Counted from the first letter of the whole stretch, positions 39,022 through 51,331 are shown. The stretch: DNA of 62,003 nucleotides, filler included, from Hausera hauseri (GCA_046269625.1; 11 parts of 11 records of this genome joined end to end with filler, not necessarily neighbours in it); one strand, 5' to 3'. The notes: a model not told the origin generated them from the sequence alone. Program-made: numbers and translations.

Positions 39022-39963
39022 AAACACGTTCGGCGGTGTCAGATCAAATTAGATACAGGCAATTTAATTTGGTCTGGATATTGTGACCATTATTGACAAT
39101 TACCTTTTGTACATTGTTTAATTTACATGTTAATAATGTACTTTATTCAGTGTCTTTTGTTTTTTTCGGTTGCTTAACCTATTATTAAGATAGAAGTAAA
39201 AGTAAAACAATAACCTTGTACTAGAAGACAAAATATGTAACACAAATACATTTATTTATTGATCGGAGAAAAACTAAAATCACAAAAACATAAAGTCAGT
39301 TGAATTATAGTAAACTTCCCTATTTTCCATATTGGGAATTTGACGCCGCTCCTTTCTTTTTATCCTTTGAGCTTCAGTGTCATGTAGCCTTTAGCTCCTT
39401 CCGGTGACAAAACTGCTGCTACGGCTGCTGTTTCTTTGCCATGTGAAGTGACAATTTTCACCAATTTCCTTTGCGAAAAATCGACGATATATCTCGGATA
39501 TAGTTACTGAACATCAAATCACTGTCAACTTTTTTAATTGTGTCTTCCATTGTATTCCAATCTTTGTCGCTGATCTTTTGCATCAATAGACCATATTTCA
39601 CCGGTTTGATTCTGACCGTTTGCGTCAATGGCAATTGAATAGTGTTGCACAGATAATGTAACTTGTATCCGTTGTACAACCGGAAATTTCTGAACGAATA
39701 CTCGCTGTACCGTGGCTTTTTGAGAGACTCGCGGAACTGTCACCCGCTGAATTGTTTTACAAAGACATTGTTTAAAGAATACAAACGTGAAATGAAATTG
39801 CATCAACAATTACATCAAATATGTTCATACTTGTTTGTTTTCAATGTAAACAATAGACATTTACTTTTTAAGTATTGTGTCATATCACAATGATAAATAC
39901 TAGTTAAAATTACCTCCACGTCATTGAAGCCCATGAAACGGTTTCATTCCGTTATTGAAGAAG

Positions 39964-40116
39964 TCATTCGTAATAAATATGTACAATTTTCATTATAGCA
40001 AATTTACATTTTGGACATTGGTGGGTTACTTTGGTGGAACACATTTGGCAAGCAACCAGATGGCCGCACATTAGGAATACCGTATCCACTTTTCTTTGTT
40101 TACATAATATGCACAA
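39964..40116 (-). pseudogene. IAP/MDM2-type C-terminal RING finger
   Basis: Manual translation LCILCKQRKVDTVFLMCGHLVACQMCSTKVTHQCPKCKFAIMKIVHIYYE*. Not in the ORF track; the upstream frame is broken. Confidence 0.8.
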
Positions 40117-40327
40117 ATTGACAATCTCGTATTTTGTCCATTATTTTCTATTTTAAGTTCTTTAATTTACAGCGTACCTTTTCAACAGTATTAAAGTAAT
40201 TTGTACCATAAAATCGGTGAATGTACANNNNNNNNNNNNNNNNNNNNNNNNNNNNNNNNNNNNNNNNNNNNTTAATTAATTAANNNNNNNNNNNNNNNNN
40301 NNNNNNNNNNNNNNNNNNNNNNNNNNN

Positions 40328-43031
40328 TTATCGGAATTCTTACTTGCGTTATCGGTTTCTTCATCTGATTTGTGGAATCTTATTTCAGATTTTCCCAAGG
40401 CTACATGTAATGCGGTTCCATTATTATTTTCAGCTACCTTTGGTAGTTGATATCTTGTGTCGATTCTGACTATTTTAAGGGGAATTAGTTGCCTGTTGCG
40501 AAGTTCTCCATATTTGAAATAGTTCGGAATTTCTCCGACTTTGTATATCTTTTCTCCAGGATGTTCAATTATCCTTTCGTAAAATGCGATGGTCATGTTT
40601 TGTTCTGCGGCAGAGAGGCGCCTGAATCCACGATGAGATGGCAATGTGATAGGCTGAATTTTTCGGATTATATTCTTCTTTTTAGGATCTGTCGGTGTAT
40701 CATATGCAACTTGCTTTGTAGTTTGGTTAAGGTTTCCCAAATTGGGAGCTTGGAACTGAGAATTGCTTTGTTTTGGCATTTTGTCAGAAAGACAAATAAA
40801 TAATTCCAATTTATAATCACCCTGACTGAATTTTATTAGTTGACCAATGAAAATTTGTATTGAGTTAGGTTTTCTCTGATTGGTTAAGATTCTATTGGTA
40901 ATGATTTGAACCATAATAATTAGTCCTCCAATAGTAGCGGTTATTAATGCACAGTTGGTAACTAATTCCTCCAATTGATTCTTAGGAATATTTTTAATGA
41001 ATCCTAATACTCAAATTGGTATGAGACAAAATGTAGTATGTATGTTTTTTTCCGTCTGATATTATTGGTACTGTACCTGCAATATTTCGTAATACATTAT
41101 TTTCTCCATCTATTTCTTTTGTCCTCTAATTAAGGGCTCAGTACTGTTTAATCGTAGCTTAAGCTCTGTTACTTTGGATTACCGAGTATTGTGATTTGTA
41201 TTTCTTTCTCTTTTTGCATTTTACCTTTTTTCGGAATACATTTGTTATAATTATTATTGTACTAATTCCAATGATTGTAAAGAAAATCCACAGATATTTC
41301 TCGAAGTACGTTTCGGTAGTTAATGCAGTTGTTGTTATTGTTTTCAATTTTTCGTCCTCTTCATTATATCTTATGCGTTGGTATCTGTCTGCCATAGGTA
41401 ACGTTTTTATTGCCAAAAGTTTTGCATTATCCTGAGTCTTTATTGACAATAGGTAATTTGTGTCAGGAATTCATTCTGCGCAAAGAATCCTTTTGTTTCT
41501 GTTGTATTTGATGCTAACTTTTCCATACATACTAGTGCAGGTTGTCAGTATATTTTTTCTTTTATATCCTGTGGGAGAATTATCTCAATTTGGTTTGTGT
41601 AAGATCTTAGTCTGACTTTTATTGTAAAATCCTTCATAAGTTTTCCATGGAATACATGTTTGTTTATTTTCGGCTGTGATTTTATTTTTAATTTGTGAAT
41701 ATCAGCGTCAACATCTCTCCTACCCTTAGAGATGACGACCCTAGTAGGTGATGTAGTAATATTTGTAGTAGTACTGATTGTAGTAGTTGTATTCGTTATC
41801 ATACGTGACTTAAGTTGTTCACGCGTGACAAAGATAAAAATTGGTAGTTGATATGAATAAATTCGGTCGCAAGGGTTAACGTTTATCGAGATGTACATAT
41901 CAAAGCGGGTTTTTCACCAAATATCGATATAGAGGGTACAACATACCCGAGGATGTGCGCCATTAAGATGACAAAAACGTGGTTGAGGTACATGTATTAT
42001 ATCGCAGTTGGCAACAAGCTTGTTTTTGGTTTCCTAGAATTACACAACTGGTCGATATATTCTGTGATGAGATAAATATAAAGTTTACTGCGTGCTGTGA
42101 AGATACTGGTGAATGTGTTCTAAAACAAATGCTAGATTTACTTTTATCGACATGATTAATGGTAGTGCGTTGTACTAATTCTAAATTGGCTAAATGAATT
42201 GCAGTATTGTTGTTTGCAGCGGCTGGGGATTTTTAAAAAAAGTCAATAGAATAAGTAGAATCATACGGAAGTATCTATCCGATATGGGGTGAACTCGGTA
42301 ACTATAAGATTTTAGATCAGTTGGCGTATGAGTCAAAACAGCTACTTTAGGTTCTACAGTTGTCGAATAATCCAGCTCTGTTTGCCGTATGAATTCATTA
42401 TAAGAGGCATGTGCTCCAGTAATTCGTTGTACGGATACTGCTTCGTATTTATCAGATCCTTTTTCTATAAAAAGCGTTTGAGGACGGACATCTACCACTT
42501 TGTACGGTCCTTGTCCGGTACGTGTTAATTTTATTGATTTTCCTTTCATAACGGCGGGATAATGTATCATAGCATAATCATCAATTTTATACTTATGCGG
42601 ACGAGCTTTCTTATTAAATCGTTTCTTGTAACCAGCTTTATATTTCTCTTCAAATTCTTTGCTTCCTTTTAGAAATATTTGAGTCTTTTTAACAAATTTT
42701 GGTATTGTTCATCCATGTGGGCACTTGCTTTTAGCGAAGATGGTAACAATTCTGTATCCAGTGGTAGACATGGTAATCTGCCAAACATAAGTTCGAATGG
42801 TGAGTGGCTAGTTATTTTTGTGGGTGTAGTATTAATTGTAAAAGCCTTGGTTTTAAGGTGCAGCTGCCAGTCTTTTTGGTCATATGCAATTTTTGTTGGT
42901 AGGATGCCTTGAGTGGTTCGTTTCATTCGTTCGATCATATTGTTACATTGAGGGTGGTAGGATGTTGTCAACAAATGTTTACATTGGAATATCTTGGGTA
43001 ATTTTTCGAAGAATCCGCCAATAAAATCCAC
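40328..43031 (-). mobile_element. Second Gypsy-like family: integrase end followed by accessory/env-like membrane-protein ORFs
   Basis: TTSYHPQCNNMIERMKRT, HSPFELMFGRLP and GQGPYKV. Downstream are a hydrophobic signal-like MILLILLTFF, a Thr-rich segment and a TM plus basic tail (LWIFFTIIGISTIIIITNVFRKKVKCKKRKK). Confidence 0.7.
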
Positions 43032-44346
43032 AAAATCATTCGAGATTTTTCCATTTTACGTGTCAAAGATGTCATAAAAATGCCAATTAAAGTACAATTG
43101 TCCAACGGGATTTCCATTTACATTCGCTTGAAACCTCAGTCGAGTTATCGACATATGTCCAACAAATCCATTGATGATGTCGTGAAATATTTCGAAAGGG
43201 TTTTTTTCAAAAAGTTCCATACGGAATTGATGAAACTAAAGAAGAATGTATTGAAAGAGTAAAAGAAATTCCACGTTTTTTTGTCTACTAAAATGTTTTA
43301 TTGAATAGTTTCGAACAAACAAACATGGACGATGACGGCCATTTTAAAGGTCGTGTGAATGATGATAATGATGATGTCGATGAGCCACAAAAAGGCATGG
43401 ATATTGATACTGATGCCGAATTGTCCGATATTGAGGATTTTGCAAATAAAAATCTCGATATATCGGATGAAGAGAGTGAATCATCGGATGAAGAAAATGA
43501 TAATAACGATGTCAAATTGGATGATAAGGACAACGAGGACGTTTCCGATTCCGAAACGGAACAGAAATGTTCGGCAGAACAAAAAGAATCGATGGAAAAA
43601 CGAAAACGAGCAGTACTGACTAACATGGAGTTTTTCAAAGATTATCGAGTGAAAGAAAAGAAAAATGTGCCGACGGAATTAATTTTAACGGTAGGACGTG
43701 CATGTCAACAACGGTACGAAATCAACGCGTGTTTTAGATATCGCATTGTTCAGAGGATCTGAGTTATTTGCTGTTGAAATTGGTCGACTCGTCAGTGGTG
43801 TCGAGTATGAAGAATATCAACAAAGTGTTTTACTTTGAATACGATGGGAAATTTGCCACAGAGGGTTACAATGCCCCAGAACTGTTCAAACACGATTCCG
43901 TATTCGATCTAAACAAATTTTACTCGAATAACACAATGAAAATGAGTAAACTTTATGGGATTGAGGCAGCTGTTCGGTGTATTGAGAATGTTTGGTTTTT
44001 TTGTCTCCTTCATCCATAGGATCATTGATTGTTTATGTAGGAATTGAGGAACGTTTTTGAAGCATATAAAATCACGATCAGCAGTCGGCATCTGCGATTA
44101 ATTGCTGATTATCTGACTCATTCAGGATCAATTCAGGCGTTCAACAGAATGACTATGAAGAACCATGGATCCGCATTTCAGAGAATTACCAATGAAACAG
44201 CTATGGCGTCTATTATCGATATGATCGTCCACGGTAAAGTTGACCAGTTGACTTCGCCGTCTGCCAACATCATATTCGGTCAGCCTATTTCTCGTATCGG
44301 AACGAATTCCTTTGGAGTGTTCTATGATAAATCTTCTATCCAATAA
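43032..44346 (+). CDS. POLR1A: RNA polymerase I largest subunit, 3' part (4 exons)
   Basis: Acidic loop, TEGYN...YSNN...YGIEAA, ELRNVF..Y.I.IS.RHLRLIADYLT..G...AFNR, LTSPSA.I.FG...GT. Introns 43259-43308, 43691-43737 and 43990-44040 keep the frame. Confidence 0.9.
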
Positions 44347-44868
44347 ATACTTTACCTCAGTTTTTGTTCTTATTACTTTTTAATGGATGGCCAAATAACT
44401 GTCAGCCCTGTGACTACTCATTAGTGTAACAACCAAGTCGCTGTATTAACATGCATTACTCAATAGTAGTAAAATTGTAAAATAAGTAACAATAACGTAT
44501 GCAGTTTATTAAATGACGAGTACAGCGACAAATGCAAATTTATGGAACTAATATAGGTCCTGAGTAGAACAAGACTAGTTCAAACAGACTTTGCACAAAT
44601 CTAATATTTATAAGAGATTAATTTATTTTAATGTGAAAGGAGAGCAAGCTTGGCTTCCAATGACTTAACAACAATATACAAGTCATGAGCAAGAGGCCTT
44701 TGTCACGTCTACTTCATTAAGTTTATTAAACATATCCAAAGCATATGTAAAGCCACACAGCCATTCCGNNNNNNNNNNNNNNNNNNNNNNNNNNNNNNNN
44801 NNNNNNNNNNNNTTAATTAATTAANNNNNNNNNNNNNNNNNNNNNNNNNNNNNNNNNNNNNNNNNNNN

Positions 44869-47414
44869 GCGTAAGGCATGTCGATGAGGACTTGGTCTAT
44901 ATGGCGTTGGAATGTTTGACTTGCATTCCGTAAGCCAAAAGGCATTCGTAGGTACTCGAACAAACCAAAAGGCGTTATTACGGCCGTTTTTGGAATATCT
45001 TCGGTAGCTACTGGAATCTGGTGGTATGCCCTTTCCAGATCGATTGTGCTGAATATTGCGACACTATGTAGGCGATGCAATATGTCTGTCACCAACGGTG
45101 TTGGGTAGGAATCGTAAATGGTGACGTTATTTAACATTCTGTAGTCACCACAAGGCCGGTATGAACCGTCCTTTTTTGGAACCATGTGCAATGGTGATGC
45201 CCACGGTGATGTGGAGCGGCGTATAATGCCAGCTTCTTCAAGGTGTCGGAATTCGGCTGCCGCGGCTGCCCTCTTGACAGGGTCAAGCTCCCTCCGGGGT
45301 TGCCGAATTGGTCGATCACATGGTGTGACGAGAAAGTGTGATGTTTTCACCTCTCTGTGTGTTGGTTGTGTTGAGCGTTTCAACAGGTTAGGGTATTACG
45401 CTTGCAGAAATGGAGCGATTTAACTGGGATTTGTGATTTTGATATCCGTGACAGTGTTTATGGTTAAAGTGAATGCGGTTGGAAGCAGTGGATTGCTTCC
45501 GCTGGTGAGTTGTTGATTTTGGCAATCAACTGTGAGATCGTAGTAATCTAGGAAGTCAGAACCAAGGATTGGTTGCATGGCATCGGCCAATATAAATGAC
45601 CAAGCGTATGGTCGGCCTTGTAAATGAAATTGTAGGTACAGTGTACCTGTGTTTGATATTTGCGTGCCATTGGCAGCTTTGAGTGATGCGTGTGAGACCA
45701 GCGTAGGTCTAGCGTATGCGCTAGGTATCAGCGATAAAGCTGAACCTGTGTCGATTAGAAAATCGAGCTGTTTCGAGATGTTGGAGTGTAATGGCTCCGC
45801 CTCGAGGGTGAAAATAGCGTCGACAATGTGTTCGTTATTTGTATACGGCAGTTGTGGTGGTTGGGTTTCCAGCCGACATGCCGTTGGTCGTCTGGGCCAA
45901 TTTAGTTTTTTGACGGCTTGTGAGATTTGCAGCCGGGTCGACAGACTTTTGCGTCTGGACCGAAATGGCTGTGATAAATGCAAATATCTTGCATTTTTAT
46001 GTTTGCCGATGGCTTGCCGAATTGACACCTATGGTAGCATTTATAGGCGGATTCGCCAAATCTTGTGCGGAAATGGCAAATTTTGGAAAATTTGCCTTTC
46101 TTTCGATTGGAGGATTGGTGCCGAGATGACGGTTTGTCTCTGGCTGGCGGATTTTTGTGTGGTATTAAAGATGCAATGCGGCAATGATAGTGTCCAGTTA
46201 ATTGTGCTGGGTCGTTGTGACGGAATGGATATTTTCCGTCAGTGCGGATTCTACTGTGCCTTTAGTGCATTTGTGTATTTTGTGGGCTTTTGATGCCATA
46301 TCGTCCAAAGTAGTATCGGGCGGTAATAGCACCAATGCCGCTTGAATTTGATTGGGCAAAGTACTTAGGAAGTAGCGCTGTAGTATGTGATGGTTGGTGT
46401 GGCGATCCAACTCAGCATTGCTCAAGTCTGAGCGTAACTTGTGAAGCAGAGCAGACGGTTTCATATTCCCTGTCTGTCGGTTGGTAAAGACCAAGTAGAA
46501 CTGGTCCTGTTGGGATGGCAGATATGTTTTACATATGGCTGCTTTGATTTTGTTGAACGGTTTTTATCTGACATTAGTGTGTCTAAATCCGTTATGGCTG
46601 CAAGCGTTGTTGGCTGCAGATACTGAATAAGTGTTAAAGCCTTGTTTAGTTGGCATGTGATGTTGCATTGAGTAGCCCATGTTTCCAACATGTGGAACCA
46701 CTTCAATGGCGTTCCGTCCAAACCTATGAAGAAGGTTGGACATGCTAATTTCGGTGGTTTGGCCTGTGCTGCTGAAGCAGTTTTTGCTTTTTGTCAGGCG
46801 TGTGGTCGTCAACGCCTCCTTTTAGTTTTGGAGTCGCCAGTGTGGTGGCATTGTCAACCAAAATGGTATTGATTGCGCAGTTATTCTTGCGTAATAATTT
46901 TCCACTTTAGGAAAATGTATGCTCGGGATACTGTTGGTTTAAAACTTCCAGCATTCCCGACATAGTTAGGGTTGATGGGAAGTGATGAGCTTTTGTCTGA
47001 CGCCAGTTTTGCACAATGCGTTGTACTTCGTTTGGCGTACAATCGATCGATGTTGTTTCCCCATAGTAAATTTTGTTTTCTGTTAATCGACTGACGATTG
47101 GATGAATTGTTAAGTAGCGATTATTACTTGGTGTGTGTGTGTTATTTTGGCACGGTTCGTATAATCGGGTTTGTATTTCGATTTGACGGTGTTAGTGCAT
47201 GTGTTAGTGCTAGAATATCTTAGCACTTGTTTAGAATCTCTCATTATGCTTTTCTGATTGATAGCCGTGTGGTTAACGGGTCTCGTGTTATCACGTATAG
47301 TGATGTGAGTATTTGTGGCCGGATTGTTTTCGACGGCACTAGTAATTGTATTTACTGGATTAATTTCCACGCTTCTGTCCGAAACAGACGTGCGTGCGGT
47401 ATTCGCTGCCACCA
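44869..47414 (-). mobile_element. Divergent Gypsy (CsRn1 clade): PBS, UBL-gag, protease, RT
   Basis: RT SPWASPLHMVPKKDGSYRPCGDYR; protease FLIDTGS...ILGSDFL; AAAAAAC-TAA at 45902-45911; gag WFHMLETW and YFLSTLP; UBL 46814-47029 ending PKLKGG. Confidence 0.9.
47404..47414 (-). promoter_or_regulatory. Putative primer-binding site (tRNA-Leu type)
   Basis: TGGTGGCAGCG upstream of gag, matching the 3' end of tRNA-Leu as recalled; an AATAAA-containing LTR-like stretch lies upstream (~47540). Confidence 0.55.
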
Positions 47415-47615
47415 TTTTAGAGGTTTTGCCTTAGTAAAGGCTGTAGTTCTGTCCAATAGCACCGCGATGACCCAGCGAAAAAATAGAAAGGAAACGAACA
47501 AAACACTAAAGAACAAGACTTGATACGAGTCATAACGTTTATTTGTACGACAATTACCGTCCGCCGAGGCGTACGATTTGTCCGTACTGGATAGTGACAG
47601 TTCCGTCCTAAGGAG

Positions 47616-48275
47616 TCAACGAGGTGGAACCGGCTGATTGTCAGAGTCGGAGCTGTACACCATGACCCGCCGTGATTCGGAGATTCTTTGGTTCGGAATC
47701 GGCTGGCTGTCGGCAGGAACCAGTGACTCGAACATTCGGTCGGCAGACGCCATCAATCTTATAAAGACTGGTACAAAGGCGGAAGAGTTGAACAGCCGTC
47801 GGCTGTCTCCGTCGGCATAGAATCTTCGAAGATGTCCGTGAGGAAGGCAATACGGATCGCCCTCGGACAATCCAATAAGGTGCCGTACAAAGCGGCTTCG
47901 TTGTAAGAGCTCTCGCATCGTTATATAATCAGAATACGAACGACATGGAGCTTGGCGGCTTTTTTGACGACTGGCTCGCCGTGTGGTTTGGTTCCGGTCT
48001 TCCGACCGGGTTTGTTCCGTCGGTGCAGTCCGCTCATTACTCTCGTTAATGGCTCCTTTGCATTCTGTTTGAGGTACCTTCGGAATGCGGTACCGTGTCA
48101 GCGGCATTGTTTCCTTTCCGTTTGTTGATATATCCGGTTGGCCTGGAATATTTATTCGGCGATTCTTGGCGGATTCTCGCATGATTGGCTCACCGGGCCT
48201 TACGATTGTCTTTGTTCTATCCATAGTCGAATTTTCCTTGGTGCGTGTTTCCAAGGTTTCTGGCATCGTCTTCAT
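47616..48275 (-). CDS. Orphan 219-aa ORF of unknown function
   Basis: Uninterrupted ATG-to-stop frame, more GC-rich than its flanks; no family recognised. Confidence 0.4.
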   Translation of the reverse strand: MKTMPETLETRTKENSTMDRTKTIVRPGEPIMRESAKNRRINIPGQPDISTNGKETMPLTRYRIPKVPQTECKGAINESNERTAPTEQTRSEDRNQTTRRASRQKSRQAPCRSYSDYITMRELLQRSRFVRHLIGLSEGDPYCLPHGHLRRFYADGDSRRLFNSSAFVPVFIRLMASADRMFESLVPADSQPIPNQRISESRRVMVYSSDSDNQPVPPR

Positions 48276-49440
48276 TTTTTTGAGATTTTTATTCTGTGTG
48301 GATTTGTTAAATATGTTAATTTGTGTGGATTTTTAAATGTATTTGTTTTTTATTTTGAATTCACTGTTCAATCCTGAATCTGTGGATTTAAACAAACGGA
48401 TTAAATCCACAGATCTTGATTGTTAATTTTTTTTATTTCTATAAGTGCTGGTTACTTCGGCACTTGTGATCCTAGTTTTTATATTTTTGTTTCATAGGCG
48501 GATGAATCCGTGATTTATTTTGATTTTATTATTCTTTTCTTTTTTTAGCCAGAAATTTAAATTGTTATTTGAAATAAAATTTCACGGAAAAAAATTTTAT
48601 TTCGTGGCTTTTGTATTTTATTTATTTATTTTTTGTAAGGTGAAACCTTACAACCATGTAGTCCTTATGTTACTGAAACATGTCTTTAAGTTTGTGGGCT
48701 TATTGTTCCAGACTCTTATTATTCATTAACTCTATTGGAGTCGTAACCATAATTTGACACATATCAACATCCAAATTCATTTGAATCATATCGTAAAATA
48801 TGGCGTGGTAAAAAACTTAAATTCAACTTAGTACAAAATTTATTGTTTATTAAAACAAAAAAAAATTCTTTTCTTCTTTTTTACACGATTCTGTAGAACA
48901 AGGTGTTAACAATTGTAGAAATAAAAAAATAATAGCAATGATAATAATAATNNNNNNNNNNNNNNNNNNNNNNNNNNNNNNNNNNNNNNNNNNNNTTAAT
49001 TAATTAANNNNNNNNNNNNNNNNNNNNNNNNNNNNNNNNNNNNNNNNNNNNGTCAATTTGATCTTTAATGTAAAATATTGTATTTTCAATGTCAAAACGA
49101 TCACAAATGTCTTGCATGATACATGATATTCAAAACGCTGAATTGCCTTCGTACCAATAAAGTCCATGACGACGTCGTATAAGATATCCATTGGCAATTT
49201 TCGCCTTTTCTGGAACTGATTCCACATAACGGCGGGCTTGAATACGTATACAAGCGGTTTGAAAATGTTACCGACGTCCATAACACATAACTCCTTTATG
49301 ATGTACCGAGCATTATCATCTTGGAAAGTTTCAATATATAAATCCTGTCGCCATTACTTATCATGAACAGAATCATATTTGTTTATAACATAAACAAAAC
49401 AACTAACTATTAGTATTATTATTATCATCATCTCTAATCA

Positions 49441-49920
49441 CTAAACATAGGCGGTTTTTTCCGTATCTCCAAAACCTAATTCTTTCCATTCATTTTGTTT
49501 TGCTTCACTGACACCAAACAATTCCCATTGTTCTGGTGACATTACACTGAACTCCACCTCTTCACATGGAAGAAAAACTATTGCACTGCCTTTCGAAAAA
49601 GCATACGGTTCCCCAGATTGGTTTTCCAGCAACATCTTAATTTCACTACAAAAGTCTGAATCAATGACACCGCCAACAACCGTCAGTCTGAGCTTTTTCA
49701 ATCCGCTTTTCGATAAAAGTTGACCGTAGTAACCGGATGGAATCGCCAATCGAATTCCAGTCGTTATGCATTTGATTGTGCTGTCTGAAATTGTCATATT
49801 CACGTTGGAAAATACATCGTAGCCCGCACTGCTTGCCGTAACACGTCTTGGTACAGTAGCACTTTCATCCGTCAAAATAATCTCTACATCATTCATTATC
49901 ATTATTATTGAAAAACCCAT
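49441..49920 (-). CDS. dut: dUTPase
   Basis: SAGYDV, ITTGIRLAIPSGYYGQLLSKSGL, GGVIDSDF and GFGDT; motifs 4-5 look eroded. Confidence 0.9.
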   Translation of the reverse strand: MGFSIIMIMNDVEIILTDESATVPRRVTASSAGYDVFSNVNMTISDSTIKCITTGIRLAIPSGYYGQLLSKSGLKKLRLTVVGGVIDSDFCSEIKMLLENQSGEPYAFSKGSAIVFLPCEEVEFSVMSPEQWELFGVSEAKQNEWKELGFGDTEKTAYV

Positions 49921-50867
49921 TACACATGTATATTTATACTCATTGTTGAAAAAGAAGAAAATTAAAACAACAACAACATTTATTTATAATCAAAAAGTGC
50001 TAACGCCAAATCGGGCTTTTGACACCGTCCTTTTTTTGTATCCTTGCAATTCAATGTTGAGTCGGCACTTTAAGTCATCGGGTACGTTAAACATTTCACG
50101 ACAGATAAAATCAATCAGTTTAGATTTTGCGGCCGGTAAAACGACATATTGTTGCAGTAAGGCTGTTTCGTTCAACTTTAATTCCATGCTTAATTGATTT
50201 AAAGCATCACCAAGTTTCGCAACATTTTCACTCGATAGGTGCTTTACACGATAACTGCACTTGGGTGTGGTCAAAAGCACCGGATCATTCAACAAAATCT
50301 GTACGTGAGTTTGCAGATAATGCATTTCATAATTTCGAAAACATCGTGTCGATAAAAATGTCGGTATTTGATGCGTGGACTTTAATTTTCGTTTCAGTAT
50401 TCCATTGGTCATTCGCGCTTATCGTTTTAATTTAGGCTTTTCTAATTGTTGGACAGGTTCTATTTTGGGTTCCAGACAGTTGACATTAGAATTGTTGCCA
50501 TCAAGCACTCGTGGCAAATCGGAACCCTAATCATCATCATCATTATTGAGTATTATCGCTCTATCTTCGTCTGACATGCGTTTACCACTAATAATTCTCC
50601 CTTGCCGTTGTAATATCGGTTTTGCTAATTGCTGGACAGATTTCGGTTCCAGACAGTTGACAGTATCATTCTTGTCACCAAACAGAGAAGACCAATCTGT
50701 ACTTTCGCCATTGTTGAACGGAATCGTTTTACCATCGTTTCCATCGTAGTAATATCTGAACGAATATGACAGTGATATTGGTCCATTGGTCAGAGTATAT
50801 TACTTTGATTCAGTAAAACACTTATGTGGTGTTTAATTTGATTAATAGTCGTCTTTTAGTTGATTCA

Positions 50868-51269
50868 CCGAATCCCCAATACGACAATTTTTCAACGGCT
50901 AAACACATTGACACAAAGCGGGCGGAATAGTGTCGGTAGCAGTGCAGGAAACAGTTCGGGCTCATAAATACATTCGGTAGCTATTGCGAATTTCTGCAGA
51001 TTAATTGATGGTGGCAGTGATGGTGAGCAATCTAACTCAGTCGTTACCGTTATTGATTGAATTTGGTTAATGACAATTCCGAATGGTAGATGTCTATTAT
51101 TTGTGATTGGTTTGCGACAACCCATAATACGACACTTTCCCGATGGAATTATGATACACGTCATATCCGGTGGACATTTGTGGACATACGGCCTCGGCTT
51201 CCAGTGATTAAACGGCAGTGCATTAATACACTCAGTAACATGTCCGCGGTAGTTGATATTGGTTATCAT
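50868..51269 (-). pseudogene. TATA-binding-protein-like gene inside the Maverick
   Basis: Two TBP repeats: ITNINY...TCIIIPSGKCRIMGCR and IQSITVT...INLQKF...YEPELFPAL...VNVFSR*KIVVLGIR, where the stop sits at the conserved Gly. Confidence 0.8.
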
Positions 51270-51331
51270 GATTGATTGAAACAGTGTTTATGCTGCACCT
51301 ATTTATCTGTGTGTGTGTGATTGTAAAGAAA

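Noticed and set aside
45649-46293. 214-aa plus-strand ORF and similar antisense ORFs
   Set aside because: These are shadow frames opposite the gag/protease region with no recognisable motifs.
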